The notes under the pieces are model-generated. The model was not told the DNA's origin and made no database searches. It saw only the letters and a program-made list of their open reading frames with translations. A DNA stretch of 64,000 nt, from the NCBI RefSeq assembly GCF_009914755.1, contig NC_060927.1; one strand, written 5' to 3'. The translations under genes and the position numbers were made by a program. Source of the stretch: the human T2T-CHM13v2.0 reference genome, Homo sapiens. Within the stretch, counting starts at the first letter, position 1. Each line of letters opens with the position of its first letter. This document shows, one piece after another, positions 40,425-58,218 of the stretch.

Positions 40425-41375
40425 ATGAGGAGGATCATCGTGGGACTCATTTTCCTTACAATTTGTACTTGTATAGTAAAAACTTCCACTGATTTTCCCC
40501 ACATGGAGGAGTGCTCTCAGTGTATACATCAGGTTACCGAGGTAGGGCAACAAGTTAAAACAATCTTTCTGTTCTATAGTTACTATGAATGCCTAGGAAC
40601 TTTAAAAGGAGCATGTTTATATAATGACACTCAGGACAAGGTATGTAGCCCAGGAAACGACTGGCCAGATGTGTGTTATGACCCCTCTGAGCCTCCCATG
40701 TCCATAGTTTTTAAAATAAGATTAAGGACTGAAGATTGGTGGGGACTCGTAAATGGTACAAGTAAAGTATTAGCCAGAACAGAAGAAAAAGGGGTGCCCA
40801 GATGCATAATCTTGAAATCTGATGCCTGTGCTCTCATTAATAGCAATAAGTTAGGAAGCGGATGTGGCTCTTTTGATTGGGAAAAAGGCTATATGACCAA
40901 AAATAAGTACATATGTCATGAATTAGGACTGTGTGGAAATGAATGTGGATACTGGTCTTGTGTCATTTGGGCCACTTGGGTAAAAAATGAAAAGGATCCA
41001 GTCCACCTTCAGAAAGGAAAAAGTGGCCCTTCCTATACCAAGGGACAATGTAACCCCTTAAAGCTAGTAATAACCAATCCCCTTGATCCTCGCTGGAAAA
41101 AAGGGGAGCATGTGACCTTAGGAATTGATAGGGCTGGACTGGATCCTCGAGTAAATATCTTGGTTCGAGGAGAAGTTTACAAACACTCTCCTGAGCCAGT
41201 GTTTCAAACTTTCTATGATGAACTAAATGTGCCAGTACCAGAAATTCCAGGAAAAACAAGAAATTTGTTTTTGCAATTAGCCGAGCATGTAGCCCAGTCT
41301 CTCAATGTCACTTCATGTTATGTATGTGGAGGAACTATAATGGGAGATCAATGGCCATGGGAAGTCAAGAATTAG
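40425..41375 (+). CDS. env: Open 316-aa N-terminal HERV-E Env (signal peptide plus most of SU); translation unproven
   Basis: ATG, hydrophobic signal peptide, CSQC and CYVC motifs, similarity to recalled HERV-E Env; ends after a frameshift near WPWE. Confidence 0.5.
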   Translation: MRRIIVGLIFLTICTCIVKTSTDFPHMEECSQCIHQVTEVGQQVKTIFLFYSYYECLGTLKGACLYNDTQDKVCSPGNDWPDVCYDPSEPPMSIVFKIRLRTEDWWGLVNGTSKVLARTEEKGVPRCIILKSDACALINSNKLGSGCGSFDWEKGYMTKNKYICHELGLCGNECGYWSCVIWATWVKNEKDPVHLQKGKSGPSYTKGQCNPLKLVITNPLDPRWKKGEHVTLGIDRAGLDPRVNILVRGEVYKHSPEPVFQTFYDELNVPVPEIPGKTRNLFLQLAEHVAQSLNVTSCYVCGGTIMGDQWPWEVKN

Positions 41376-42476
41376 TACCTACAGACCCAGTTCCTGATAA
41401 ATTCCTGGCTGAAAAGAATCACCTTGATAATTTCTGGGCCCTAAAAGCCTCAATTATTGGACAATATTGCATAGCTAGAGAAGGAAGAGAATTCACTCAC
41501 CCCATAGGATGACTTAGTTGTCTGGGACAGAAACTGTATAATGGTACCACAAAAACAGTCACTTGGTAGAGTTCACATCACACAGAAAGGAATCCATTTA
41601 GTAAATTCCCAAAGTTACAAACCATGTGGACCCACCAGGAGTCCCACAGGGACTGGACAGCCCCCACTGGATTATACTGGATATGTGGGCATAGAGCTTA
41701 CACCAAATTACCCGACCAGTGGGCAGGTAGTTGTGTTATTGGCTCTATTAAACCATCTTTCTTCCTACTGCCCATAAAGACAGACGAACTCCTGAGCTTC
41801 CCTGTCTATGCTTCCTGCGAAAAGAGAAGCATAGCTATAGGAAATTGAAAAGATGATCAATGCCCCCCTGAGAGAATCATACAATATTATGGGCCTGCTG
41901 CTTAGGCACAAGACAGCTCATGGGGATACCAGACCCCCATTTACATGCTCGACCGAATCATACAGTTACAAGCTGTCTTAGAAATAATCACTAATAAAAC
42001 CAGCAGAGCCTTGACTATTCTGGCCCGGCAAGAAACGCAAAAAAGAAATGTTATCTATCAAAATAGATTGGCTCTTGACTACTTGCTAGCAGCTGAAGGA
42101 GGGGTCTGTGGGAAATTTAACCTTACTAATTGCTGTCTACACATAGATGATCAAGTTACAGATAGTTAGAGATATGACAAAACTGGCACATGTGCCCGTG
42201 CAAGTGTGGCATGGATTTGATCCTGGGGCCATGTTTGGAAAATGGTTCCCAGCGCTAGGAGGATTTAAAATTCTTACAATAGGAGTTATAATAATAATAG
42301 GAACCTACTTACTGCTCCCTTGCTTGCTACCTGTACTTCTTCAAATGATAAAAAGCTTCATCTCTACCTTAGTTCACCAAAATGCTTCAGCACAAGTGTA
42401 CTATGTAAATCACTATCCATCTGTCTTGCAGAAAGACATGGGTAGTGAGGATGAAAGTGAGCACTCCCACTATTGA
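41376..42476 (+). pseudogene. env: Disrupted 3' part of HERV-E env (rest of SU, TM)
   Basis: Degenerate furin site CEKR, immunosuppressive domain [27 protein letters not shown], hydrophobic TM; stops and frameshifts. Confidence 0.88.
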
Positions 42477-42499
42477 GTGAAGTTCTCAAAGTGGGGGAA

Positions 42500-42955
42500 A
42501 AAGGGAGGAGACCACCCCTCATATTGTCTTATGCCCAATTTCTGCCTCCAAAGAAAGAAGAAGTAAAAACTAAATGGCAGAAATGGAATCCACAGGTAGA
42601 TAGCCCAGCAACGTGCCCTGGGCCTGGTAGTTAAAAATCAACCCCTGACCTAACTGCTTGTATTATCTATAGATTTCAGACATCGTATGGAAAAGCGCCG
42701 TTAAAATCCCTGTCCTGTTCTGTTCCGTTCTGATTACCGGTGCATGCAGCCCCCAGTCATGTACCCCCTGCTTGCTCAATGGATCACGACCCTCTCACAT
42801 GGACCCCCTTAGAGTTGTAAGCCCTTAAAAGGGACAGGAATTGCTCACTTGGGGAGCTTGGTTTTTGGAGACACCAATGCTCCCAGCTGAATAAAGCCCT
42901 TTCCTTCTACAACTTGGTGTCTGAGGGGTTCTTGTCTGCAGCTCGTCCTGCTACA
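42500..42955 (+). mobile_element. 3' LTR (LTR2 family)
   Basis: Aligns to the 5' LTR with roughly 35 differences (hand count) and an ~8-bp deletion. Confidence 0.92.
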
Positions 42956-44762
42956 TTGTGAATATTAAATCTCATTTTTATGGCACTCTATAGGACACAC
43001 AAAATAGATAAAGCTGCTATAGAAATTATGAACAACCATTATTTTTATTTAATAGCCAAAGAGAAATGAATACAGTAGAGTCAGCCTCTAATAAGGGAGG
43101 GATTGAGGAAAATAAATTTTAATATTAAATAATAGTAAATATATTTGGTGGTTCCTATCCAGAGAAATTAATAATAGAAAATCCACCTGAAAATATAATT
43201 GTGCTTCTTTCTCCTTTCTTCATTACTCTTAAAATACTTTCCCTTGCCATTCCCCTCAGAAAGAGACTTTTTTCTTAAGCAGCATTAAATTATAGTCAAT
43301 CAGTGTACATCATGTTTAGAGACAGAGAATCAAACTGTAGTGGTTTTTAGTACAAATATCAGAAGAACACTTTGCCCAGCAAGTCAGTTTTCTTCTTACT
43401 GACTGGTCTGTTTTCTTGAAAAACACAATTTATTTTTCAATTTTATGACTCACCTGGTAGATAATAATAGCTTTACATTAAATAGGTAGATAGATGACAG
43501 AGATACATAATTGGGAGAGTAGGTTAAAAGCAGATTATAGCTCTGAAGTTGATGGCAGAAAATGGCTGTGACTATTTTGGTAATATAATAGTATTAAGCA
43601 TAGTTAAGGAACAATCCTAAATATTTTCTAAATAGTGTTTTACCCAGCGCTTTTAAAATGGGACATGGGTTTTTCAGGGCAGGAGGTCCTAAAAATTATA
43701 TTTTTACAAGAAGTCAAATTGATACAAAAAAGTAAAAATAGAATGGTAGCCACAAATTTTAAAAATAAAGATTTGCCTACACTGAAAGAAATGATGCTTG
43801 GAGTATCAGAATAAAGTCTCTATAACTGACTTCCAAGAAAGATGGTTTAAAGTTAACAGATATCTGCAAATGGGAACTTCCAATCTCCTTCCAAATTTGA
43901 AGGGGTTTCCATATTCATAATTAAGGAGAAGAGAGGTTAAACATATTAACAACCATTAATATCTGTGTGTTGTAATTAAGGAGGACTTTTTTTCCTCTTT
44001 TGTATGTGTTTACGATTCCACAAGGCAAACGTAAAACGTATAAATGTTACCATTAAATATGAAAGTTAAAAGCAAATAGTAATACTAAATAAACACATAT
44101 TTTAATCTCCTACTATTTCTATACCCTAGAAAATCACTAGCCTTCTGAGCCTCAGATTACTGCTCTCTAATGTGCTAATAAAACCTTACTATTGTGAGAA
44201 TACAATACAATTTCGTAAACTCTATACATTAACCAATGTTAGAAAAGCTCTTAGTTATTTTAAGTGCACTTGATTATTTAGCACCAAAAATTTATATATC
44301 CATCTTTGCAAGTTGCAAAGATGATCACCAAATCTCATTTTTTTACTTTTTAGAAACTTTATAAGGAGGCATAAAACTGTACCAGTTTTTAACAAAACGT
44401 AAATGGGGATAAAGGTAATATGTAAGAATAACACAATAATTGGGAAATTTAAAGAATAGGCTTCTTAAAACATCCTTCAATAATTGGGCATCTTAGGACA
44501 AAGAGAAAGGCCATGGGCTTACTGAGTAGGAGTCACATGAAGCAACACGTACTTTCTATTTGTACTAAGTTAGCTTTTAGATCTTGACAATGTCTTCAAA
44601 ATAGTTTATCTTGATTTAAGCTAAGCATTGGATAAGGGCTTTCATCATTTCATAGTATACAAAGTAGAGAAAAACTGACTGGATGCTACTACACTTAGGT
44701 GTTGGATTTGTAGCTAATTAAATCAGTAGAGTTCCTGTGCTGACTCTTCAATGTCAACCTGA

Positions 44763-47485
<2,723 letters not shown>

Positions 47486-49187
47486 TAGGAAAAAAGATGC
47501 ATCAACAGAGAAAAAGATGAAAGCTGAAATAGAATATTGAGCAACAGAATATTTGAAAAATAAGTTCAGAGATCAATATTAAACCACTTATTGAGTTCAA
47601 CCAACTACAAACTCAATGCAACCTAATGGTATGCTATGAGAGCTAGCTAACCTATTAGGTTGCAATCACAAAAGTCAGAGTATATCAAATTCCAGGCCTT
47701 ATATTAAAGAAACAAGAAAAAAAAAGAAGGAGAGAGAGCAAGAGAGATACAAAGAAACTAGGGACTAAGGAGCAGGGCAGAAACCTAGATAGTGATGTAT
47801 CTGATACTGGCATATAAACAAGAATAAAGAAAATAAAGTTATTTACCCAAGGAAAATATTGTTAGAAAAGATAACTAACTTCTAATATTTTAAGAGTTAT
47901 TGCATACAGATGGTAAAAAAGACACACAAAAAATGTTCCTCTGAGTCTAAAATTCTATGATTCTTACTTATATAAAGAAAGAAAATGATATTGCTAGTGG
48001 ACACTCCCATATTGAATATAATACAAACTTTTTGAACCTAAGTACCCTTAAAATCTCGGCAAAGGTTACAAAATTCAATGTATATTTGGACTACAGTTGC
48101 TTGTTGAAATTAAGCTGAGTGGTCATGATTCATCTATGAAAATTTTTCAATTCCAGTTATGCATATAATCATGTGAAAAATAAAGGAAGAAATGAGGAGA
48201 AGAAGAAAGATAAAGAGTGCAATATATGCAAGTCACAATATTAACTATATCATTCAGTGAAACATACAAAATAGGCTAATCATGTTCTTTTGCCAGATAC
48301 TTAATAATGATGGCATAAAGTATGATAAAACTCTGCAAATTCCTGGCATGAAATGGTAATTCAAAGAAGACATATTTTCTAAGAAATAGAGATAAAGTTC
48401 TTCAACAAGATAAGTTTTGTGTACTTTGTGATTTGAAACAGGTAATTTATTACTTTCTAACCAGAATAATTTCTAATTAGAAAAAGTTTATGTGTATTTT
48501 TACAGGCACTCATTGTATGCATAATGGAAAGAAAAATCTTCTTTGACACTTTTACATAATGAATAAATTCCAGAGTTATGGATGCAGAATCAACATTTAA
48601 TTATGGTAAGATGGAAAAAAAACTATACAAAATAATGATATCCTGTACATGGTATTTTATACTGCAGATATGTCCAGTTGGGTGTTTATCACATTATTCA
48701 ATGAACTAAATGTTAAAAATCTTCACTGAATAGGAGAATTAGCTTATCCCTCTCTGTTTGAACATCTAGTATTATTTTACATAGAAGGGAAGCTTCAGTA
48801 GTTCAGGCACCTAAGAAAAAGGAGGACAAAAAGTGTGGCCTCTGGTGCCTTTCCTTTCAAAAGGGTCACATATCTTTATGTGAATAGCTACGGCCAATGA
48901 CATTTTGGCAGATTTTTTAAAGACTACCATGTAGCTTAACATATTTTTCCATTACCAGATGACAGATTGTCTTTCCAGTAGAGACTACCCAGTTCATCAA
49001 GGTTTGGTTAAAGACGACAAGGAATAAAGCCACAGGTGACCCACAATGGACAATGAAAGAGGGAGAAATAAACCTTTACTCAGGTAAGCACCTGAAACTT
49101 CAGGGACATCAGTTACTACAGCGTAATATAGGAAATCCTAACTAATATAGTATGGAATTGGAGAAATTAGGTTGATTTTTAGAAAGT

Positions 49188-50185
<998 letters not shown>

Positions 50186-51517
50186 TGACATGTATTGTCC
50201 CCATGACTACATCTACATAGCTATAAAGACAGTGGCTCCCACACAAAAATAGCCTTTACTCCTCTTACAAGTAATTTCAGAATTGATGGAATTTGAAGTT
50301 TCAGTTTAGAGCCTTCATTGAAAGGACAATATCTGTAATAGAAACACTAACTCGATGGAATGTAGGGGCCACAATGAGCGTGCTAACTAATTTGAGCTTA
50401 TCTTAGGCTTGAATTTTCACATTTAGTTTTCCTGTACAAAACGTAGTAGAAAAAAATCATTCAATTGATTATAAAATACTGGTAATATGACAGCTATAAT
50501 ATTTTTATTTAGATACAGGAAGAAATTCCCAGAAATAATTTTATAGACTATATTGAATATTTACTTAAAAAGAATCAGAAAAGCAAACAAAAACAATGAG
50601 ATTGCTGATATAAAAGATAAAATTAACCTACCAAATTAATAATTTACATGAGAACCAAACTCACCAAATTTTAGAATAATACACTTATTAATGTCCCATT
50701 AGGAATCACTATGTCAAACTTCAAAATAGAAGAAAATGATTGATGTATTATGAAGGATCAAAAGCAAACCTTAAAGCACCTACAAGATAATGGAAACTTT
50801 TACTGGAAATAGATGCAGCTTATGAATAATAAATCTTGCCAAAATATGACCACTAATTACTTTGCTTGTATTACAAAGTTTAAAACCCAGTGTTTGGTAG
50901 ACACAACCAAGTAACTCATACCAAAATTTTTATGTAGATACATATTACTGTGAAAGTGTATGTTTCATTATTGAGTACAAGTAAAGCAAAAGTTATAGAA
51001 AATCATTCAATCAGATATCTCATAGAAATATGGTGCTTACAAGGATGCCACAAAAATCAATAATAAATATCATTTCCATAAAGATATTGATTAATGATTT
51101 ATGAACTAGCATAAAGCACAAATAGCAAATTAAATTTTCAAATTTAAATGACTTGTTTTTTTGAGTGGACATTTGTGTTTTAACTATAGTTACGGAAAGG
51201 CACATAATCAGGAAAAACATCTTACGATGTTTTGCCATTATTATCAGGGTCAGCAGTGTAAAATTTCTCAGCAAATTTTGAGAACTAACTTTGCCCAACA
51301 TAAATAATAGTAAGCCTTTATCAACAATTCAGTTATATCTTACATCCCATATGCTGAATTATATTTTCCCTCTTTCAAGTTATATGGCATTCTAATATAT
51401 GAAAACAAATTACTTCACTAAAATCTCACTGATAAATGTATTTATATTTTTCTTGTGGCTTCCCTTAAAGGAAATTCTATGTTATAGAGTTAATATAGAA
51501 TCATAGAATGAACCTTA

Positions 51518-53646
51518 TGTATTAGTCTGTTTTCACTCTGCTGATAAAGACATACCTAAGACTGGGCAATTTACAAATGAAAGAGGTTTAATTGGACTTA
51601 CAGTTCCACATGGCAGGGGATGCCTCACAATCATGGTGGTAGACAAGAAGGAGCAAGTCACATCTTACATGGATGGCAGCAGGCAAATAAAAAAAAAGCT
51701 TATGCAGAGAAACTCTTTTTTTTTAATACCATCAGGTCTCATGAGACCCATTCATTATCACAAGAAGAACATTGGAAAGATCTGCCCACTTGATTCAATC
51801 ATCTCCCACCAGGTCTCTTCGACAATACCTGGGAATTATGGGAGCTAAAAGATGAGATTTGGCTGGGCACACAGCCAAACCATATCATTACATCCCTCAA
51901 CTCATTTCAGCATTAACTTGAGTCCACAATCCAAAGTCTCATCCAAGACAAGGCAAGTCCTTTCCACCTATGAGCCTGTAAAATCAAAAGCAAGTTAACT
52001 ACTTCCTAGATATCATGGGAGTACAGGCATTGGGTAAATACAGGCATTCCAAATGGGAGAAATTGGCCAAAACAAAGGGGCTACAGGACCCAGGAAAGTC
52101 CAAAATCCAGCAGGGCAGTCAAATCTTAAAGCTTCAAAATGATCTCCTTTGACTCCATGTCTTATATCCAGGTCATGCTGATGTGAGATGTTGGCTTCAG
52201 CAGTCTTGGGCAGCTCCACCCCTTGGCTTTGCAGGGTACAGCCTCCCTCCTGGCTCCTTTCAGGGGCTGGCATTGAGTGTCTGTGGCTTTTCCAGGTGAA
52301 CATTGCAAACTGTCGGTGGATTTACCGTGCTGGGGTCTGGAGGATGGTGGCCCTCTTCTCACATCTCCACTAGGTGGTGCACCAGTATGGATTCTGTGTG
52401 GGGGCTCCGACCCCACATTTCCCTTACACACTGCCCTAGCAGAGGTTCTCCATGAGAGCCCTGCCCCTGCAGCAAACTTCTGCCTGGATATCCAGGCATT
52501 TCCATAAATCCTCTGAAATCTAGGCGGAGGTTCTCAAAATCCAAATGTTGACTTCTGTGCACTGGCAGGCTCAACACCACATGGAAGCTGCCAAGGCTTT
52601 AGGCTTGCACCTTCTGAAGCCACAAGCCATTTATTCCTTCTAGGCTTCCAGGTGTGTGATGGGAGGGACTGCCATGAAGACCTGTGACATGCCTGGAGAC
52701 ATTTTTCCCATTTTCTTGGGGATTAACATGTGGCTCCTTGTTACTTATGCAAATTTCTGCAGCCAGCTTGAATTTCTCATCAAAAACTGTTTTTTTTTTC
52801 CTATGGCATCATCAAGCTGCAAATTTTCTGAACTTTTATGCTCTATTTCCCTTTTAAAACAGAATGCTTTTAACAGCACCCAAGTCACCTCTTGAATGCT
52901 TTGCTGCTTAGAAATTTCTTCTGCCAGATACCCTAAATCATCTCTCAAGTTCAAAGTTCCAAAAATCCTTAGGACAGGGGCAAAATGCCACAAGCCTCTT
53001 TGCTAAAACATAACAAGAATCACTTTTGCTCCAGTTCCCAACAAGTTGCTTATCTCCATCTGAGACCACCTCAGCCTGGATTTCATTGTATATGTCATTA
53101 TCAGCATTTTGGTCAAAGCCATTGCACAAGTCTCCAGGGAGTTCTAAACTTTCCCACATTTACCTGTTTTCTTCTAGAGCCCTCCAAATTGATCCAACCT
53201 CTGCCTGTTACCCAGTTCCAAAGTTGCTTCCACGTTTTTAGGTATCTTTTCTGCAGCCCCCCCACTGCTGATACCAATTTACTGTATTAGCTCATTTTCA
53301 CACTGCTGAGAAAGACATAACTGAGACTGGGAAATTTACAAAAGAAAGAGGTTTAATTGGACTTACAGTTCCATATGGCTGGGGATGCCTCACAATCATG
53401 GTAGAAAGCAAGGAGCAGCAAGTCACCTCTTACATGGATGGCAAAAAAAGAGCTGGTGCAGAGAAACTCCCATTTTTTTAGAAAACCATCAGATCTAATA
53501 AGACCCATTTACTACCATGAGAACAGCACGGAAAAGACCTGCCCTCATGATTCAATCATATCCCACCAGGTTCCTCCAACAACACGTGGGAAATATGGGA
53601 GATACAAGATCAGAATTGGGTGGGGACACAGAGCCAAACCATATCA
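51518..53646 (-). mobile_element. Full-length THE1 element (THE1A-like): LTRs 51518-51887 and 53283-53646
   Basis: Two LTRs around THE1-int; perfect TSD cctta (51513-51517 and 53647-53651). Confidence 0.93.
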
Positions 53647-56410
53647 CCTTAGTTCTATTTTCTTTCATGATCCAGGAAAGACATGGTTCATACTGCAGTC
53701 TATGTCAGGTTGAATTTCCGTATGGTCGACATTACTATATTCACGAAGATATCATTTATTGTGTGAATGCATATGGAAGATTCACCAGAAAAAAGCAAAG
53801 CCTTACATTATTTCAATGTAGGTTCTATCTTTCAGTGTTTGTTCTTGTCCATGTTTCTCAATGTCTCTGAGCCTCTGAGTTCTGGGCTGGGCAGAGTTCC
53901 TTCTTTTTCTATGAAAGGAAAGACAGTGGCCAAGATTGGAACAGTCCTACCAAGCTACTACAATTTCCTATCAAGCTATCTTACCACACTATTGTGTATC
54001 TTATTTTCATTGGGAGCTATGAGCTCTCCATTGAGAATTAAATATTTCATCTGATAAATACTTCATGGTTTTCTGTTTTTAAATCATGGGGAAGTCCACT
54101 TTAAAAAATTTGCATTTTGTCTGGAAATTATCTTCATCAAATGAAAGGAACCTCTAATTTTGAGTAACAAAACGATACATGATAGGGTGTGAATTAATAG
54201 ATACTATGGCTAAGCATGTTTTAGTTCTCTTGAAACTGTTCTCAGTTGGAAAGCCTGAGTATATTCAGTAAATAAAAGGAGGAGGTCTTGCTACAGAAAG
54301 AATGCTGTCAAATACTACAGCTCCATTCTTAAGCATGGGGTATGATATTCCTTTTCGGGGCTTACCTAAGCCTAATTCCTGACGAAGCTTAAAAAACCCA
54401 TTTGCTTTTAAAAATTAAGTGTACATAGCGGTAATGCCACAAAATGGAGAAAAACAATCTATCTTATTAAGAAATGTATAAAAATCACATCATCAAGTAA
54501 AAAAAATGCTACAGAGTGCATAATTAATTGTATAGTTAGTAAAATAAAACCTAGGCATAAATGCTATGGAAGACAGCATAAAAGAATCATCTCTGGGAGG
54601 TGAGATTAGGCTAGTCAGAAATAATATTAGTTAAATTTCTCACAAAAATGTCCACAGTACACAAAAGAAATATAGATTTCCCATGTGAGAAAAAAAGCAA
54701 ACAAATGAAACTTCAGGAAGGAACAATGAAAATGATTAAGGGTCTAAATGAAATGATTAATGGACAGAGATTAAAAGACAGTATCCATTTAATTTGGTGA
54801 AAAGACTAATGGGAAACTCATTCACTTGAAAGCATAACTAGGGTAAAAAAGGGGTGGGCGAAAGGAGAAAATTTTAGGTTAGTCAAGAGAAAATAACCAG
54901 AAGTAATGGGATAAAATTGAGTACAGGAAATCTGTGAGTAACTATCATAGAAAAGGCATCCTTGTTAGGTCTATTAGGCTGAAGAATTGTTTCCTAAGGG
55001 ATGTAGTAAAAAGCCCCTTTGCTTGAGCCATTTATGTAGACCAGACAAAGAAGTGGGTAATGGTATAGGAAACAATTCTATATTCATGAAATTATGGACA
55101 TTATGATCTAATAGCTCCTACTCTGCCAGCATGAAAAAAGTCTTTAATGCCTATCATTCATTGGCTTCCAGCTTTTATATTTTCTCTTTTTAGAGAAGAG
55201 TTAATATGACACTGAACTGGAACCCTGAAAATGGACTTCTTCCATATCTTACTTCAATAACTTTTGTAATTGTATTGCTCTTATTTCCATATTATTTAAA
55301 ATATTAGTTTTATGAATTAAGAAGTCTTTAGGAAGAGATATTCAAATTTATGATTTCTATATAAACATTGTTCTGTAATATCAGAATCATAATGACATAG
55401 TTCATTGATCTGCAAACCAACTTAAAACTCAGTAAAGATTACTTTTATTCCCCTGGTTTGGTCTATTTTTAAGATGTCTTACACAAGTAAAAAAGTAACA
55501 ATTTATCTGAAGGTAAATAAGTGAAAGTTAACATAAAATTATTTTATTTGCATATTATCCTAAAGATAGAACCAGTAGTTGTAAAAATGATTCTGCAACA
55601 TGCATTCTATTTTATGATTTTCTTTATTAACCACCCTATATATTTTGGTTTATTTGATTGTATTCAAACTGATTTAAAAGGTGGAATCTATGCATTTGAT
55701 GAACATTAACCATTCAATGTAAAAATAGATCATCTGGAAGAACATAGTCCCCAGAAGAAGTGAATAAATACAAAATTTTACTCTAAATAATCTGATAATA
55801 CTTTTTGTCATGAAGGGTTTTATCCAGGAGTATGAAAGGATTTACCTGACATTATATGTGGAGTAAAACAAAACAAGCTTGCTAAAAAGCAAACAAAAAA
55901 ACACAAACAAAACCAACTGGTAATATGTTAAAGTTTAAAAAATGTACCTATACATTTTCTTATTTAATCTTCACTCCCACTTTTTAAGGAAGCTTCAGTT
56001 TAAAGAAATTAAGTAACTTGTCCAGGGCCACTCAGTTGATGGCAGAATAGGATGCTGCTGCCATGTCTTCAGGCTTTAAACACTATTATGTTTACACTAC
56101 ATCATTTGATTGCTCCCGGTGAAATATGCAGTAGACTTTCTCAATCATCTAATTTTCTGTTTGTTGGATCATCCTTCTTGGATATGAAACAATGCGGTGT
56201 AACTGAAGAAGAAATAGACTGTAAATCAGAAGCCTGGCACCCTCCTACTGGTTCTCCTGCTATCAGATCTTGGATAAGTAGCTTAATCTCATGAGCCTCT
56301 TTCCTTGTCTGTCACACAGTTAGTTACACAGAGTTTAGGAATATTATTCAAATCCAAAATCTGACCTAAAACTATAAATGACATGGGTTTCAAATAATGT
56401 GAGATCATTT

Positions 56411-56871
56411 TATAATTTAAGTACAAAATTTAATGTTTTCAACTTTGTATTTCTTTCTTTAACTGTGAAAAGCTATTCAACATACTTTAAACATTTTAAA
56501 TTTGGAATTTAAAATTTGGTATTTACAATTCCAAATTCATTAATTCTCTACTAGATAATACTATTCCTTAATGAGTAAGTAAACTGAAATATCTAGTGGA
56601 TATTAGACAACTTCTATAAAAATATTCCTATATTTTAAGTATAAAATTCCTATAATTTAAGTATAAAATTTAATATTTTCAACTTTGTATTTCTTTCTTT
56701 AACTGTGAAAAGCTATTCAACAAACTTTAAACATTTTAAATTTGGAATTTAAAATTTCGTATTTACAATTCCAAATTCATTAATTCTCTACTAGATGATA
56801 CTATTCCTTAATGGGTAAGTAAACTGAAATGTCTAGTGGATATTAGACAACTTCTATAAAAAATATTCCTA
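56411..56871. repeat. Tandem duplication of ~220 bp unique AT-rich sequence (period 240 bp)
   Basis: 56411-56630 matches 56651-56871 with about 8 differences. Confidence 0.95.
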
Positions 56872-58218
56872 ACATGTTGTAAAACCTATGTAAAATTTCA
56901 GTTATTGGGATTAATGAGATCAATATCTTTATTTTTCCCATTAAGTATAAAATCATGACAGAATCAATGTGAATTTTCCATCAAGGTTAGAAATTTCTAT
57001 TTTTCAAAGGAAGCAAAGTGATGATATTTATAATTTTGCTTTCTTCTGCTTTTAGACCACTGAATAATTTCCAGATGTGGCACATTAATACCTGGGATAT
57101 TTTCAGAAGAGAATGACTAGGAGGGTAAGGAGAGCCAGAAAAATAAAATATGCTGATAATATTGAGGAAACTGAATTTCTATAATGTAAAAGTAGGTTCA
57201 GATTATTTTTGTGGGCCAAGAAAAGATATTTTGTGCCCCTATAATGATTAATATTCTACAAAAATGGCAGACCGGTACATAGAGTTGCTTAATAATGCCA
57301 GACCCAGTGTATTCTCTCCTCCTAGCATGGGGTACACATTGTAGAACAGTACCCACTACATACAAATCCAGTACGATAGTCATATATTAGTGAAAATAAC
57401 ATTTGTTTCCATTTTTAAAGGAATCTACCTATCTGAGGAAAAAACTGGGTCTTCCCAGAAGATTTACAAATTCCTACAGATGCCCAGTGCTTTGGTAATC
57501 TCTGTGGCTGTCACATCAAGAAAACCTGCGTATTTCCTGCCCTACCTGGTTTATATTCTACTAGGGTGAGACAGACAATAAGTAAGAAAACAAATAAAAG
57601 GCAGAGTAATTGCAGGTCATGGCAACTAGTTTGAAAACTACTTAGATGAATAAGCAAGAGGAAAAGGCCACAGTATATAATGTAATCAGATAAGGGTTCT
57701 GAGGAGGTGACATTTAAGGAATAGCTTACAAATAAAAGTAAGCCATTGTACGACGAAAAAGAAAGGCAACGAGGGACAGGGATGAAAGATGGGGAAGAGT
57801 AAATTTTAAAAGCACAGTGAAAAAAAAAAGATAGCAGCAGCAGGCTAGAGGGCTGGGCTAGGTAGAAGGATCTTCACAACAGGGTGGAAAAGAAAGCTGT
57901 GGTGTTAATGGACAGTTAGGCCCCTGTTATTTCAATGGCAGAAGAAAACAGGGAGGCAAGGTATGACTGAATGGTTTCTGATAACTGTGCTAAAGGAAGG
58001 AGAATAGCGAAATTAGGAATGTTAGTAAATCCTGAAAAATCACCTCATTGTCTCCTACTTCCCATATTCATTTGAGGCCAGGATGAGAGTGAAGAAACAG
58101 CATAATTGTTTTCTTGGGCAGCTTTCAATGCCCCAGGATTACCTAGCTTCTTGGTCATGTGAAGTCAAGTTTTGTGCTGCATTCATATACAACAGTTACT
58201 TTGATTTGTAAAGGAAGC

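Larger units (their letters stand above)
34837..42955 (+). mobile_element. HERV-E (gamma-like ERV1, LTR2-family) provirus, defective, ~8.1 kb
   Basis: Paired LTRs, tRNA-Glu PBS, gag-pro-pol-env remnants in order, polypurine tract aaagtggggg before the 3' LTR. Confidence 0.93.

Noticed and set aside
34837-42955. Identity with known co-opted HERV-E loci (AMY1, PTN, EDNRB, CT-RCC)
   Set aside because: No amylase, gamma-actin pseudogene, PTN or EDNRB sequence recognised, and the epitope region differs from the CT-RCC sequence as I recall it.
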